Assembly: GCA_965205025.1 (NCBI GenBank) | Contig: CBDBFU010000015.1 | Coordinates: 288,001-352,000, forward strand | Origin: Candidatus Poribacteria bacterium | Lineage (GTDB): Bacteria; Poribacteria; WGA-4E; WGA-3G | Length of the DNA: 64,000 bases | Direction: 5' to 3' | Shown: positions 1 through 9,097 of the stretch, one piece after another | How the letters are laid out: each line of letters begins with the position of its first letter | Position numbering within the stretch: position 1 is the stretch's first letter | Made by a program: the position numbers and the translations under genes | Notes under the pieces: generated by a model | What the model saw: the letters and a program-made list of their open reading frames with translations, nothing else | What the model was told of the DNA's origin: nothing | Databases searched by the model: none

Positions 1-636
1 TTTATCGACAAAGGTGAAACAAATGGACCACCCAGTCTATGGGGTGATCCGTTTAAACGACTAATTGACCACCCGATAATTCTCCCTTACCTGATAGAAT
101 TATTGGGACCACATGTCCGTCTTGACCACGATTATTCTCTTTTTATGAACGAAGGTGAAAAACGGGGTAGATTACATGGTGGTGAAGATGGGGGACGTGC
201 AGGTGGGACCGTCGGGGATCATTGGTATAAATATAGGGATGGTGTTATGCGAAACGGTCTGTGTGTGATGACCTACAATCTAACAGACGCACCAGAAGGA
301 GCAGGTGGATTTGCATGTATACCAGCAAGTCATAAGAGTAATTTCGCACCGGAGATCCCTGCTGACGTACGTCAATTTGAACGTCCAGCACATTACGTCG
401 TCCAACCACCACTCAAAGCAGGTGATGTACTATTTTTTACCGAAGCACTGATTCACGGAACTATGCCGTGGAAAGCAAAACATCAAAGACGTGCATTACT
501 CTATAAATATAGTCCTGGACATTCAGCATGGTCTGGGAATTATTATGACATCAGTAAATATGACAGTCTCACAGAACAACAGAAACGGTTGATGATGGCA
601 CCATCAATTGGTAGAAGACCGAGTGTTTTAGAATAA
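1..636 (+). CDS. Phytanoyl-CoA dioxygenase (PhyH) family Fe(II)/2OG enzyme, 5'-truncated by the window edge
   Basis: Frame is open from base 1 (FIDKGETNGPPSLWG...). Motifs GGFACIPASHKS and GDVLFFTEALIHGT. Close paralog of 813..1547. Confidence 0.85.
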   Translation, partial: FIDKGETNGPPSLWGDPFKRLIDHPIILPYLIELLGPHVRLDHDYSLFMNEGEKRGRLHGGEDGGRAGGTVGDHWYKYRDGVMRNGLCVMTYNLTDAPEGAGGFACIPASHKSNFAPEIPADVRQFERPAHYVVQPPLKAGDVLFFTEALIHGTMPWKAKHQRRALLYKYSPGHSAWSGNYYDISKYDSLTEQQKRLMMAPSIGRRPSVLE

Positions 637-640
637 CCAA

Positions 641-780
641 GACTTACGCACATCCGAGGTAGGAGCGGTTTCTAACCGCTCTGGATGTGCGTACCAAACT
701 TGCGTAAATCCTTCGCACATCCGAGGTAGGAGCGGTTTCTAACCGCTCTGGATGCGCATACAAAACTTATGTAAATCCTT
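641..780. repeat. Two tandem 67-bp REP/MITE-like units
   Basis: Units start at 647 and 714. Each has CGCACATCC...GGATG(T/C)GC arms enclosing GTAGGAGCGGTTTCTAACCGCTC. Outer arms GACTTACGCA / TGCGTAAATC. Confidence 0.8.
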
Positions 781-812
781 ATAACTATTATTAGAAAAAG
801 GAATGAATTCTC

Positions 813-1547
813 ATGACAGGTGAAGAAAAATTTCAGGTTGACCTTGAGGGTTATCTTATAATTAAGAATGTATTGACATCCGATGAATTAGACGAGATGA
901 ACGCATTCATTGATAAAGGGGGTATGCAGGGACCGCCAAGTCTCTGGGGTGAACCGTTTAAAAGATTGATAGATCATCCAACAATATTACCTTATCTAAT
1001 AGATCTTTTAGGACCGAATGTTCGACTTGATCACGATTACCCAATTTTTCTGAACGATGGTGAAGGTCGCGGTGGACTACACGGTGGTGAAGACGGTGGA
1101 AGACCAGGTGGACCTGAAGGTGATCATTGGTATAAATATCGTGATGGTATCATGCGGAATGGTCTATGTGTCATGACATATAATTTAGCCGATGCGCCCG
1201 AAGGAGCAGGTGGATTTGCATGTATTCCTGGCAGTCATAAAAGTCATTTCTTGCGTGAAATACCTTCAGAAGTACGGAGTTTTGACCGGCCAACACACTA
1301 TGTAATTCAACCTGCTCTTGAAGCGGGAGATGTTCTATTCTTCACTGAAGCACTTATTCATGGCACCATGCAGTGGAAAGCGAAACACCAACGACGGGCA
1401 CTATTGTATAAATACAGTCCTGGACATTCAGCTTGGTCAGGTAATTATTATGATATCAGCAAATACGGAGAATTGACCGAGCAACAGCAACGGATGCTCT
1501 TGCCGCCATCTATCGGTGGCAGACCCCGTGTCGTAGAGAACAATTAA
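813..1547 (+). CDS. PhyH family Fe(II)/2OG enzyme
   Basis: GYLIIKNVL start, IPGSHKS, GDVLFFTEALIHGT. AAGGA RBS upstream. Confidence 0.88.
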   Translation: MTGEEKFQVDLEGYLIIKNVLTSDELDEMNAFIDKGGMQGPPSLWGEPFKRLIDHPTILPYLIDLLGPNVRLDHDYPIFLNDGEGRGGLHGGEDGGRPGGPEGDHWYKYRDGIMRNGLCVMTYNLADAPEGAGGFACIPGSHKSHFLREIPSEVRSFDRPTHYVIQPALEAGDVLFFTEALIHGTMQWKAKHQRRALLYKYSPGHSAWSGNYYDISKYGELTEQQQRMLLPPSIGGRPRVVENN

Positions 1548-1737
1548 GTTCATTGTATGAGGGATTCCGATCCCCGATATCCACATATAATGTTTTGATC
1601 AACGAATTGTCTCATACTTTGTTGTAAAGTAAGAATTTTAGATATCAAGACTCCATTCTCCTACATTATGGGATTGTTAAATCTACGATTGTTTTATGGT
1701 TATAAGAATGTTTTTATAGTCTAACCAAGGATTTTAT

Positions 1738-2904
1738 ATGTCCAAGATAGAATTAACTGGAAAAGAGAGTGATTTTTTAAAGATAGTTGTTGCTGCAGCA
1801 GGACGCGGTGATATTGAAGGAGTCAGCCAATTATTGGTTGATAAACCTGAATGGATACACACCATCGGTTCACACGGTAGAACAATGCTTTGGGAAGCAG
1901 CCTATCGTGGAAAGTTGGAGATGGTAGAATTTCTGTTGTCCCACGGGGCAGACATTAATTTGCCAGGATGTCATCTAAGCCAACATGATATTGAGATAAC
2001 ACCATACTGTGTAGCACGGTATGAAGGCCGAGATGCTGTTGCGGATTACCTATTGGAAATGGGGGCTAATGTTGACATACAAACAGCAGCCTATTTGGGA
2101 GATTTTGACACTGTGAAAACACTAATTGAGGATGATCCCGATATCGTTAATAGCGGATACCTACAATCAGTCTGGTTGCCATCGGGTAATCCTCATTCTG
2201 TTGAACATCGTTATGCAGAATGGGCAACACCATTGTGTTATGCCATCATAGGTGGGAATATAGAGATAGTGAAATTGCTGATTTCCAAAGGGGCAAAAAT
2301 TGAATCCCAAAGTGAACTTCTGCTTGATCAGGCAGTCTCAGATGATCGTGTTGATATTGTAAAATTGTTAGTTGAAAATGGAGCAGCTCCAAGTAAAGCC
2401 CCAAAGAAAGTCGAAGATAATTCTGAAATGAGTCAGCTACTAAAGTCATACGGGAATCCCGCAGCAGACATCAATGCCTTAGATAATATGGGGTGGCCAC
2501 GGATCGTATATGTCTGCCGCGGAGATAAGGGGGAACATCCAGAGGAGGTTATAAGGCTTTTAGGACTTGGGGCTGATATTGACGCACGAAGTAGTAAAGG
2601 AAAATCTGCATTACACTGTGCGGCAAAGGCAGGTTTTCTCAAAGTCATTGATCTACTTATTGAGAAAGGCGCAAACATAGATGCCACTGACAATAAAGGA
2701 GAAACTCCATTATTTGAAGCAATTCGTTCAACTATAAAAAAGCGAGAAAAACTATACGGTGCAATGGAATCGTTACTTGAGAAAGGGGCAGACCCGAATA
2801 TAAAAAATAATAGAGGTATGTCCCCATTACAGGTTGCACGACAGAAGAGAAGAGAAGATTCTGATAAAATTGTTTCTCTATTAGAAAAGCATGGTGCGGT
2901 TTAA
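1738..2904 (+). CDS. Ankyrin repeat protein
   Basis: Multiple ANK repeats, e.g. TPLCYAIIGGNIEIVKLLISKGA, SALHCAAKAGFLKVIDLLIEKGANID, GETPLFEA. Confidence 0.9.
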   Translation: MSKIELTGKESDFLKIVVAAAGRGDIEGVSQLLVDKPEWIHTIGSHGRTMLWEAAYRGKLEMVEFLLSHGADINLPGCHLSQHDIEITPYCVARYEGRDAVADYLLEMGANVDIQTAAYLGDFDTVKTLIEDDPDIVNSGYLQSVWLPSGNPHSVEHRYAEWATPLCYAIIGGNIEIVKLLISKGAKIESQSELLLDQAVSDDRVDIVKLLVENGAAPSKAPKKVEDNSEMSQLLKSYGNPAADINALDNMGWPRIVYVCRGDKGEHPEEVIRLLGLGADIDARSSKGKSALHCAAKAGFLKVIDLLIEKGANIDATDNKGETPLFEAIRSTIKKREKLYGAMESLLEKGADPNIKNNRGMSPLQVARQKRREDSDKIVSLLEKHGAV

Positions 2905-2956
2905 TGTACTCTACTACTCCGAAATAGAATTGTCCATTCGCCTATAACATTAAAAC

Positions 2957-3688
2957 ATGACTACTCCACATTCCCGTATAAAACTCATTCATGATTTCAC
3001 AAAACTCGGATTAGATAATGCAGATATTGTATTCATACACTCCTCTTTTAAGAGTTTAGGAGAAGTAGAAGGTGGTGCAGGGACAGTTATTTCTGCATTA
3101 GAGCATGTTCTGGAACAGGATGGTCTGATATTAATGCCATCTTTCAATTTACTACCAGATCATCAGAAACGTACCAGTTCATGGAATATTGAAAACACAC
3201 CCTCTACTGTTGGATGGTTAACGGAGTATTTCCGATTAATGCCGAAAACATTCCGGTCCGATCACTATTCACACTCTGTAGCTGCTCGTGGACACAATGC
3301 CAAAGAATTTGTTGCCGACCATCTTTCCAAAGAAGGATATAAGTCACCTTGGGATCATCCACCGTGGGGTAAGACATACGGTACAAATTCTCCAATGTTT
3401 CGGGCATATAAGTCAAATGGAAAGCTGCTGATGCTTGGCGTAGATTACAATACCTCTACCTATATCCATCTTGTTGAGGTTATTTACTGGAATAAACGTC
3501 TTGAACAAAACGGAGAAGCAAATTTCATTGGACTCAACCGTCCAAAACTCGGGGAATTTTGGGATTCATTGGGTGAATTAAATCGAGATTTTGTTGGTAA
3601 TTCAGAGTGCCGTCTCTTCAGCATTAAATCTTATGTAGATACCCTTTTAAAAGAAGTAGAAGAGAATCCAAATCCCTATACTTCATAA
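2957..3688 (+). CDS. AAC(3)/YokD family N-acetyltransferase
   Basis: FIHSSFKSLG, LILMPSF, RSDHYSHSVAARG, LMLGVDYNTSTYIHLVE. Confidence 0.85.
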   Translation: MTTPHSRIKLIHDFTKLGLDNADIVFIHSSFKSLGEVEGGAGTVISALEHVLEQDGLILMPSFNLLPDHQKRTSSWNIENTPSTVGWLTEYFRLMPKTFRSDHYSHSVAARGHNAKEFVADHLSKEGYKSPWDHPPWGKTYGTNSPMFRAYKSNGKLLMLGVDYNTSTYIHLVEVIYWNKRLEQNGEANFIGLNRPKLGEFWDSLGELNRDFVGNSECRLFSIKSYVDTLLKEVEENPNPYTS

Positions 3689-3705
3689 CCGAAAGATTAC
3701 TGAAG

Positions 3706-4323
3706 TTGTTTAATTTATCGAATTTAGAAATGACAGATAAAGATCTCATTACCCATTCAAATCAATTGCATCAAGAAGCGAGTTCGATATTAAATAAGGA
3801 AGGTTTACTTCCTCTACTTTGCAGTTATGGAACGACTCGTGTTATAGGAAGTTATGCACTCAATACTATGACATGGCCTGATATTGACATAAGTATGGAA
3901 CTACCTAACGCACAAGATATTGATTTATTCTTTGAGATTGGGAAGACAATAGCTTCCAAATTTCAAATCCTGAAGATGTCATATTCAAACCACTTCATAC
4001 GAAACTTTCCCGGTTTCGACCACGGACTCTATTGGGGGATACAACTCCTACACGCAGACAAACAATGGAAAGTCGACTTATGGGGTTATGACAAACAATC
4101 CTATAAAACCCACATGTCAGACTTTGATGAATTACAAAACAAACTGCTTCAAATAGATAGAACTATAATACTCCGAATTAAACACCCCATATCACATCGT
4201 CCTGATTACCGTGGGGATGTTTACAATAGCATGACAATCTATAACGCAATATTGAAAGATAAGGTTAAATCCTTAGAGGAATTTGAAACATGGATGGAAA
4301 GGAATTCTAATGTTAAGACCTGA
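3706..4323 (+). CDS. Hypothetical protein, probable pol-beta-superfamily nucleotidyltransferase (start may be ATG at 3730)
   Basis: GS-x-DxD-type motif IGSYALNTMTWPDIDI, plus a candidate third Asp in WKVDLW. Confidence 0.6.
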   Translation: MFNLSNLEMTDKDLITHSNQLHQEASSILNKEGLLPLLCSYGTTRVIGSYALNTMTWPDIDISMELPNAQDIDLFFEIGKTIASKFQILKMSYSNHFIRNFPGFDHGLYWGIQLLHADKQWKVDLWGYDKQSYKTHMSDFDELQNKLLQIDRTIILRIKHPISHRPDYRGDVYNSMTIYNAILKDKVKSLEEFETWMERNSNVKT

Positions 4324-5107
4324 AGAAAAATGGCACTTCGATCATCACGGGTTTATTATACTAAGACAAGTTGTTTCACCTGAAGATGTTAAGTTGATGA
4401 TAGATTATGGGAACCTTTGGCATAGTATGGCTCTTGAGGAATTACCTCCTCCACTAACCTCTACATCAAAACGTAGTCCGTACTCAGAAACGATTGCACA
4501 TTGGATAAATCACATTCACTACGGAGATGAAGTTTTCCAACGTTTAGTCCTTAATACAGAGATAATGAGGGTTATAATTTCACTAACACGTGGAGCACCC
4601 TGTCTCGTTGATACTGCTCTAACAAAGAACTACAAAACCTCAGACGATATTCACTTTCATGCATCAGGACAGGATTACGGTGTAGAAAACGACGAACCCC
4701 ATGCAGGTTTTCTGAATGCAGGCATCTCATTAGTTGATGTCCCTGAAGGAACTGGGTTTGTATGTCTTCCTGGGAGTCATAAACGAAATTTTGATCCACC
4801 AAAATACATATCAATATACGATGGTCCTCCAACGGTGATTAATGTTCCTGTAAATGCTGGGGATTGTGTAGTATTTACTGAAGCACTCTACCATGGTGCC
4901 AGACGTTGGACAGAAGAATACCCACGTTTTACCATTTTTAATCGTTATATTGACAATGGTTCACACGGTGCTTTACCAATTGAAGACTATAAACACTTGG
5001 TGTCTGACGAAGTTTATGAATTGGAACAACCTGCTGTTCAAGGTGAACAAAAACGAGCAGTTAAAAGAATCATAGATGAAATAAACGAAAATCAACACAG
5101 ACTATGA
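4310..5107 (+). CDS. PhyH family Fe(II)/2OG enzyme
   Basis: ATG at 4310 follows AAAGGA. HGFIILRQV, CLPGSHKR, GDCVVFTEALYHG. Confidence 0.82.
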   Translation: MLRPEEKWHFDHHGFIILRQVVSPEDVKLMIDYGNLWHSMALEELPPPLTSTSKRSPYSETIAHWINHIHYGDEVFQRLVLNTEIMRVIISLTRGAPCLVDTALTKNYKTSDDIHFHASGQDYGVENDEPHAGFLNAGISLVDVPEGTGFVCLPGSHKRNFDPPKYISIYDGPPTVINVPVNAGDCVVFTEALYHGARRWTEEYPRFTIFNRYIDNGSHGALPIEDYKHLVSDEVYELEQPAVQGEQKRAVKRIIDEINENQHRL

Positions 5108-5171
5108 ATCCTTACTATACCTTACCTCAAACGAACTTATTCGGACACCGATAACAAAAACTTTACACACC

Positions 5172-5215
5172 CAACTCTATAAAAACTTGACAATTTATAG
5201 AGTTGTCTTTAAAAT
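5172..5215 (+). promoter_or_regulatory. Sigma70-type promoter with a perfect 12-bp inverted repeat around the -35 box
   Basis: TTGACA(5187-5192)-17 nt-TAAAAT(5210-5215). CAACTCTATAAA (5172-5183) pairs with TTTATAGAGTTG (5194-5205). Confidence 0.6.
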
Positions 5216-5248
5216 GCGACATATTATCTATCATCATAAGGAAAACTT

Positions 5249-6850
5249 GTGAAATTACATAAAAGAGAGTATGGAACAGTTGTTGGTCCACACCCAAGAA
5301 CCGCACATGCAGGTATGGAAATGCTTCTCGCAGGTGGCAATGCTGTGGATGCCGCAGTTGCTGCTGCCTTTGCAGAAGGTGTCGTAGAACCCTCACACAA
5401 CGGTATCGCAGGCTACGGCGGTTGCGTCCTAATATATCGAAAAAAAACTAAGGATGTAGTCGCAATCGACTATAATTCTGCCGCTCCCGCTGCTGCTTCG
5501 GAGGATATGTTCACTATCGAAGATGCACCAGATACTGCTGCTGGATACCGTGTACCCGGACGTGTCAACGTACACGGACCGCTTGCTATCGGTGTTCCAG
5601 GTATTGTCGCAGGTTTGTGCTTAACTCTAAAGGAGTATGGTAGTCTTCCACTTAATGACACATTAAAACCAGCAATTAATTCTGCACGTTACGGATACGC
5701 CCCAAATGGAGCAAACCGTGGAGGCATCGCTGGGAATGCTGAAAGATGGAAGAAAGAATTTCCTGAAACTGCACGTGTTTTTCTGAAAAATGGTGAACCA
5801 CCAAAAAAGGGTGAAGTGCTAACAAATCCTGATCTGGCACGAACGTTAGATGCTGTTGCGGAAGGTGGACATGAAGCCTTCTATGAAGGGAAAATCGCTC
5901 AGAAAATTGCAGATCACATACAGGAATTAGGGGGTTGTATAACTTATGATGATATGAAGAATTATCGGGCATTTATCACCGATCCTTATGAGATAAACTA
6001 CCGTGGTTATGCTGTATATACATCTCCTCTTGGAGCAGGTGGATTAACAACCCTTCAAATGCTACGATTAGTCGAACCTTATGATATTGCCGAGATGTCA
6101 CCCGCAGAACGTTTCCATCTATTTGCTGAAGCAATGAAGATATGTTGGTTTGAAAGACTCAGTCGTTTCGGAGATCCAGAATTTGTAGACATTGATATTG
6201 ATAAAGAACTATCAGATTCTTTCACTGCAACCCTCGCGGAAAAATTAAAATCTGGACTTGAATCTCCACAGCCGGGTGAAGTCGTCTATCAAGAACCGAT
6301 GAGTTGTACGAGTCACATCTCTACAGCCGATGTTGAAGGAAACATGGTGTCTCTAACACAGACACACGGTGGTGGATTTGGTTCAATGGTAACTGTTCCC
6401 GGTACAGGATTACTCTTTGGACACGGTGTAGGTCGATTCGATCCCAGACCAGGACTTGCAAACTCTGTCGGACCGAGAAAACGTCCATTACATAATATGG
6501 GACCGTGTATGGCTACCATTGATGGAAAACCCTTTGCAACATACGGGATTCCTGGTGGTCGCACAATACCGAACAATCAACTAAATATCAGTGTTGGTCT
6601 GATAGATCTACAATTGTCTGCACAAGAATCTCTGGATGCAGCAAGGTTTTTCAGTGATGGTGCTGAACCAATTCAGATTGAGTCAAGGGCAGGGGATGAC
6701 GTCATTGAAAAAGTAAGAGAATTCGGACATGAAGTCTCACCAAGTGGTGGAATTGGTGGTCCTGGACACGTAATTCGAGTATCTGAGGATGGAAAACACC
6801 ACGATGGTGGCACAGACACTCGGGGTGAAGGTAAGGTAGTCAGCAAATAA
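5249..6850 (+). CDS. ggt: Gamma-glutamyltransferase family Ntn-hydrolase with no obvious signal peptide
   Basis: GGNAVDAAVAAAF, PLAIGVPG, nucleophile region CTSHISTAD, GGGFGS, KRPLHNM. Confidence 0.88.
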   Translation: MKLHKREYGTVVGPHPRTAHAGMEMLLAGGNAVDAAVAAAFAEGVVEPSHNGIAGYGGCVLIYRKKTKDVVAIDYNSAAPAAASEDMFTIEDAPDTAAGYRVPGRVNVHGPLAIGVPGIVAGLCLTLKEYGSLPLNDTLKPAINSARYGYAPNGANRGGIAGNAERWKKEFPETARVFLKNGEPPKKGEVLTNPDLARTLDAVAEGGHEAFYEGKIAQKIADHIQELGGCITYDDMKNYRAFITDPYEINYRGYAVYTSPLGAGGLTTLQMLRLVEPYDIAEMSPAERFHLFAEAMKICWFERLSRFGDPEFVDIDIDKELSDSFTATLAEKLKSGLESPQPGEVVYQEPMSCTSHISTADVEGNMVSLTQTHGGGFGSMVTVPGTGLLFGHGVGRFDPRPGLANSVGPRKRPLHNMGPCMATIDGKPFATYGIPGGRTIPNNQLNISVGLIDLQLSAQESLDAARFFSDGAEPIQIESRAGDDVIEKVREFGHEVSPSGGIGGPGHVIRVSEDGKHHDGGTDTRGEGKVVSK

Positions 6851-6935
6851 CATTTAGATTCAATGTGTATATTTGTGATATAAACAATAGCAAGAATAAT
6901 CCATTTTTCAATAGTTATGGAGTTATAATTCAAAT

Positions 6936-7271
6936 ATGGCAGAATATTTTAAAGCCGCGACAACCGATCAAATCCAACCTGGAACTTGTATCGGTGTTAA
7001 AGTCGAGGGTGTTTTTATCGGTATCTACAATGTAGAGGGTGAGTATTATGCTATGAATAATATTTGTCCACATCTCGGTGGCGTTTTAACCTACGGTTTC
7101 TTGGATAAGAATTGTGTTACCTGTCCAATGCACATGTGGGAATTCGATGTAAAAACTGGTGAATGTGTATGGCCCGGTGAAGAGAGTATACCTACCTATG
7201 CAGTTAAAGTTGAAGGTGAGGATATTCTTGTAAATGTTGACGAACCACTTAATAAGGGTGAAACACAATAA
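6936..7271 (+). CDS. Rieske-type [2Fe-2S] ferredoxin
   Basis: CPHLG ... CPMHMWEFD motifs. Confidence 0.9.
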   Translation: MAEYFKAATTDQIQPGTCIGVKVEGVFIGIYNVEGEYYAMNNICPHLGGVLTYGFLDKNCVTCPMHMWEFDVKTGECVWPGEESIPTYAVKVEGEDILVNVDEPLNKGETQ

Positions 7272-7320
7272 GAAAAAATAGACGTTATACGTAATATATC
7301 TATTGAAAGGAAAAATTTAT

Positions 7321-8268
7321 ATGTCATATCTACTCACCGGTGGCATGGGATGTATTGGAACTTATGTCATTCGAGATCTATTGGCTGCCGGTGAAAAGGT
7401 CATCGTTTACGATTTTGCTTACGATCTCACTATTCCAAAGATGGTGTTGTCTGATGAACAAATTGAGAGTATTACATTTGTTCAAGGAGATATCACCGAC
7501 CTACCTCATATCCTACGCACAATTCAAGAATATGAAATTGACCGCGTTATTCATCTTGCATCTTGGCAGGTGCCAGCCTGCAACGCGAACCCTCCACAAG
7601 CGATAAAAGTTGTATGTGAAGGCACTATAAATATACTGGAAGCTGCACGGATATTTGACATAAAACGGGTTGTCTGGGCAAGTAGTGTGGCAGTGTTCGG
7701 TTCACCTGAAGATTACAATCACCAGCAAATACGCAACGATGCACCCCATTATCCAAAGTTCATATATGGTGCGTGTAAATCCTTATGTGAAAGATATGCT
7801 ATGCACTATTTTGATGAATATGGAGTGGATTCTATAGGTCTACGGTTTACTGCAGTGTATGGTGTCGGTAGAACACGGGGTATGAGTTCATTTACAACGA
7901 AGATGATCGAGGATGTTGCGTTAGGGAAGCCACATGTATGTCCTTTCGGTGATGACTCCGTAGATTGGCAGTTTGTAGAAGATGTATCCCGTTCAATTGT
8001 CATGTCGTGTACCTGTCCCACAACGAAGACCCGTGTATTTAATGTAAAGGGAGGGATTCGACCTGTAAAAGAAGGTGTAGCGTATCTGAAATCTTTAGTT
8101 CCGGATGCGGAAATCACAGTTGAACCGGGTGTGTTTGGAATTTCATGGGATTATGACGCTACACCTATCAAAGAAGAGATGGGATTCACACCAGAATATA
8201 CTATGGAGCAAGGCATCTTAAAAACATACAACAAGTTTCGTGAACGCGCTGGGTTACAAACAATATAA
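7321..8268 (+). CDS. NAD-dependent epimerase/dehydratase (extended SDR)
   Basis: LTGGMGCIG, ASSVAVFG, YGACK. ATG at 7321 follows AAAGGA. Confidence 0.88.
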   Translation: MSYLLTGGMGCIGTYVIRDLLAAGEKVIVYDFAYDLTIPKMVLSDEQIESITFVQGDITDLPHILRTIQEYEIDRVIHLASWQVPACNANPPQAIKVVCEGTINILEAARIFDIKRVVWASSVAVFGSPEDYNHQQIRNDAPHYPKFIYGACKSLCERYAMHYFDEYGVDSIGLRFTAVYGVGRTRGMSSFTTKMIEDVALGKPHVCPFGDDSVDWQFVEDVSRSIVMSCTCPTTKTRVFNVKGGIRPVKEGVAYLKSLVPDAEITVEPGVFGISWDYDATPIKEEMGFTPEYTMEQGILKTYNKFRERAGLQTI

Positions 8269-8274
8269 TATGCT

Positions 8275-8988
8275 TTAATAATACTTTTTCATCTGTGCCC
8301 AACTGACAGCTAACTTACCTTTTGCTTGAACTACAAGCACTCTATCCCAAGGTATGTTCTCACCAGCAGCATTCGCTTGGTGAATATCATCAAAGTTTGG
8401 ATGTCCCCAACCACCACTGTTTTTGTCAATTACCACAAGTTTAGCCATTTTATTCTTTAAATCTGAAACATCCCACTCTCTACGGGTCATTGTTTCAGTA
8501 TTACTGCCGGTCATTGTCCGTTCAACTTTTCCATTTATCACAAGGTTAACACAACACGGTCCAGGATCAACTTCCCAAGGATGATTACCACCACCCATCA
8601 GAAAATTCATTGATTCTCCAATTATCTTAAACTCAATCGAAGTTAATGTACCTTGGGGAAGGTCAGGTGCGTTACCCCCAGCAGCATTCTTATTCATATC
8701 CCCAGCTTTCTGCCCAAGTTTTGCTCCCTTATCTGGTCCTTGATACTTCTCAGCCAAACCGAGCCACCAATCTCCTTGATGGTTAGAGGGTTGTCCACGG
8801 TTGCGTGCTGTAGGATTATCTCCCCAAGTGGGTTGAAAATCAAATGCATCTCCGGTTTTCTCTTCCCAATCGGTCAAGTCACCCGTCTCAAAGTCGTTAT
8901 TAAAAGAACGCGCAGAAACGAAATTAATAAGTACAAAAGTCAGTATAACCAGAAAAGAAGTAATTATTAAAAACATAGATTTCTTCAT
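8275..8988 (-). CDS. Secreted beta-sandwich protein with C-terminal KLAVSWAQMK tag, paralog of 9098..9790
   Basis: Signal peptide; NNDFETGDLTDW, GTLTSIEF, GGWGHPNFDD; C-terminus VQAKGKLAVSWAQMKKYY. Confidence 0.75.
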   Translation of the reverse strand: MKKSMFLIITSFLVILTFVLINFVSARSFNNDFETGDLTDWEEKTGDAFDFQPTWGDNPTARNRGQPSNHQGDWWLGLAEKYQGPDKGAKLGQKAGDMNKNAAGGNAPDLPQGTLTSIEFKIIGESMNFLMGGGNHPWEVDPGPCCVNLVINGKVERTMTGSNTETMTRREWDVSDLKNKMAKLVVIDKNSGGWGHPNFDDIHQANAAGENIPWDRVLVVQAKGKLAVSWAQMKKYY

Positions 8989-9050
8989 CTATCTCATCTC
9001 CATGTGTCATAGATATAATTAATCTGTTATGATGGTCAATAATAGGAATC

Positions 9051-9091
9051 GGGATTGAAAGATAGAAAATTGATATAATTCTTTCAATCCC
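9051..9091 (-). terminator. Stem-loop between the two paralogs, possible terminator or mRNA stabiliser
   Basis: GGGATTGAAAGA / TCTTTCAATCCC 12-bp stem just after the stop of 9098..9790. Large loop and no clear U-tract. Confidence 0.35.
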
Positions 9092-9097
9092 CAATAT

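Noticed and set aside
641-780. CRISPR array
   Set aside because: Only two units, no unique spacers and no cas genes; the structure fits REP/MITE elements.
2957-3688. Bona fide aminoglycoside resistance gene
   Set aside because: Family membership is clear, but the substrate cannot be read from sequence and there is no mobile context.
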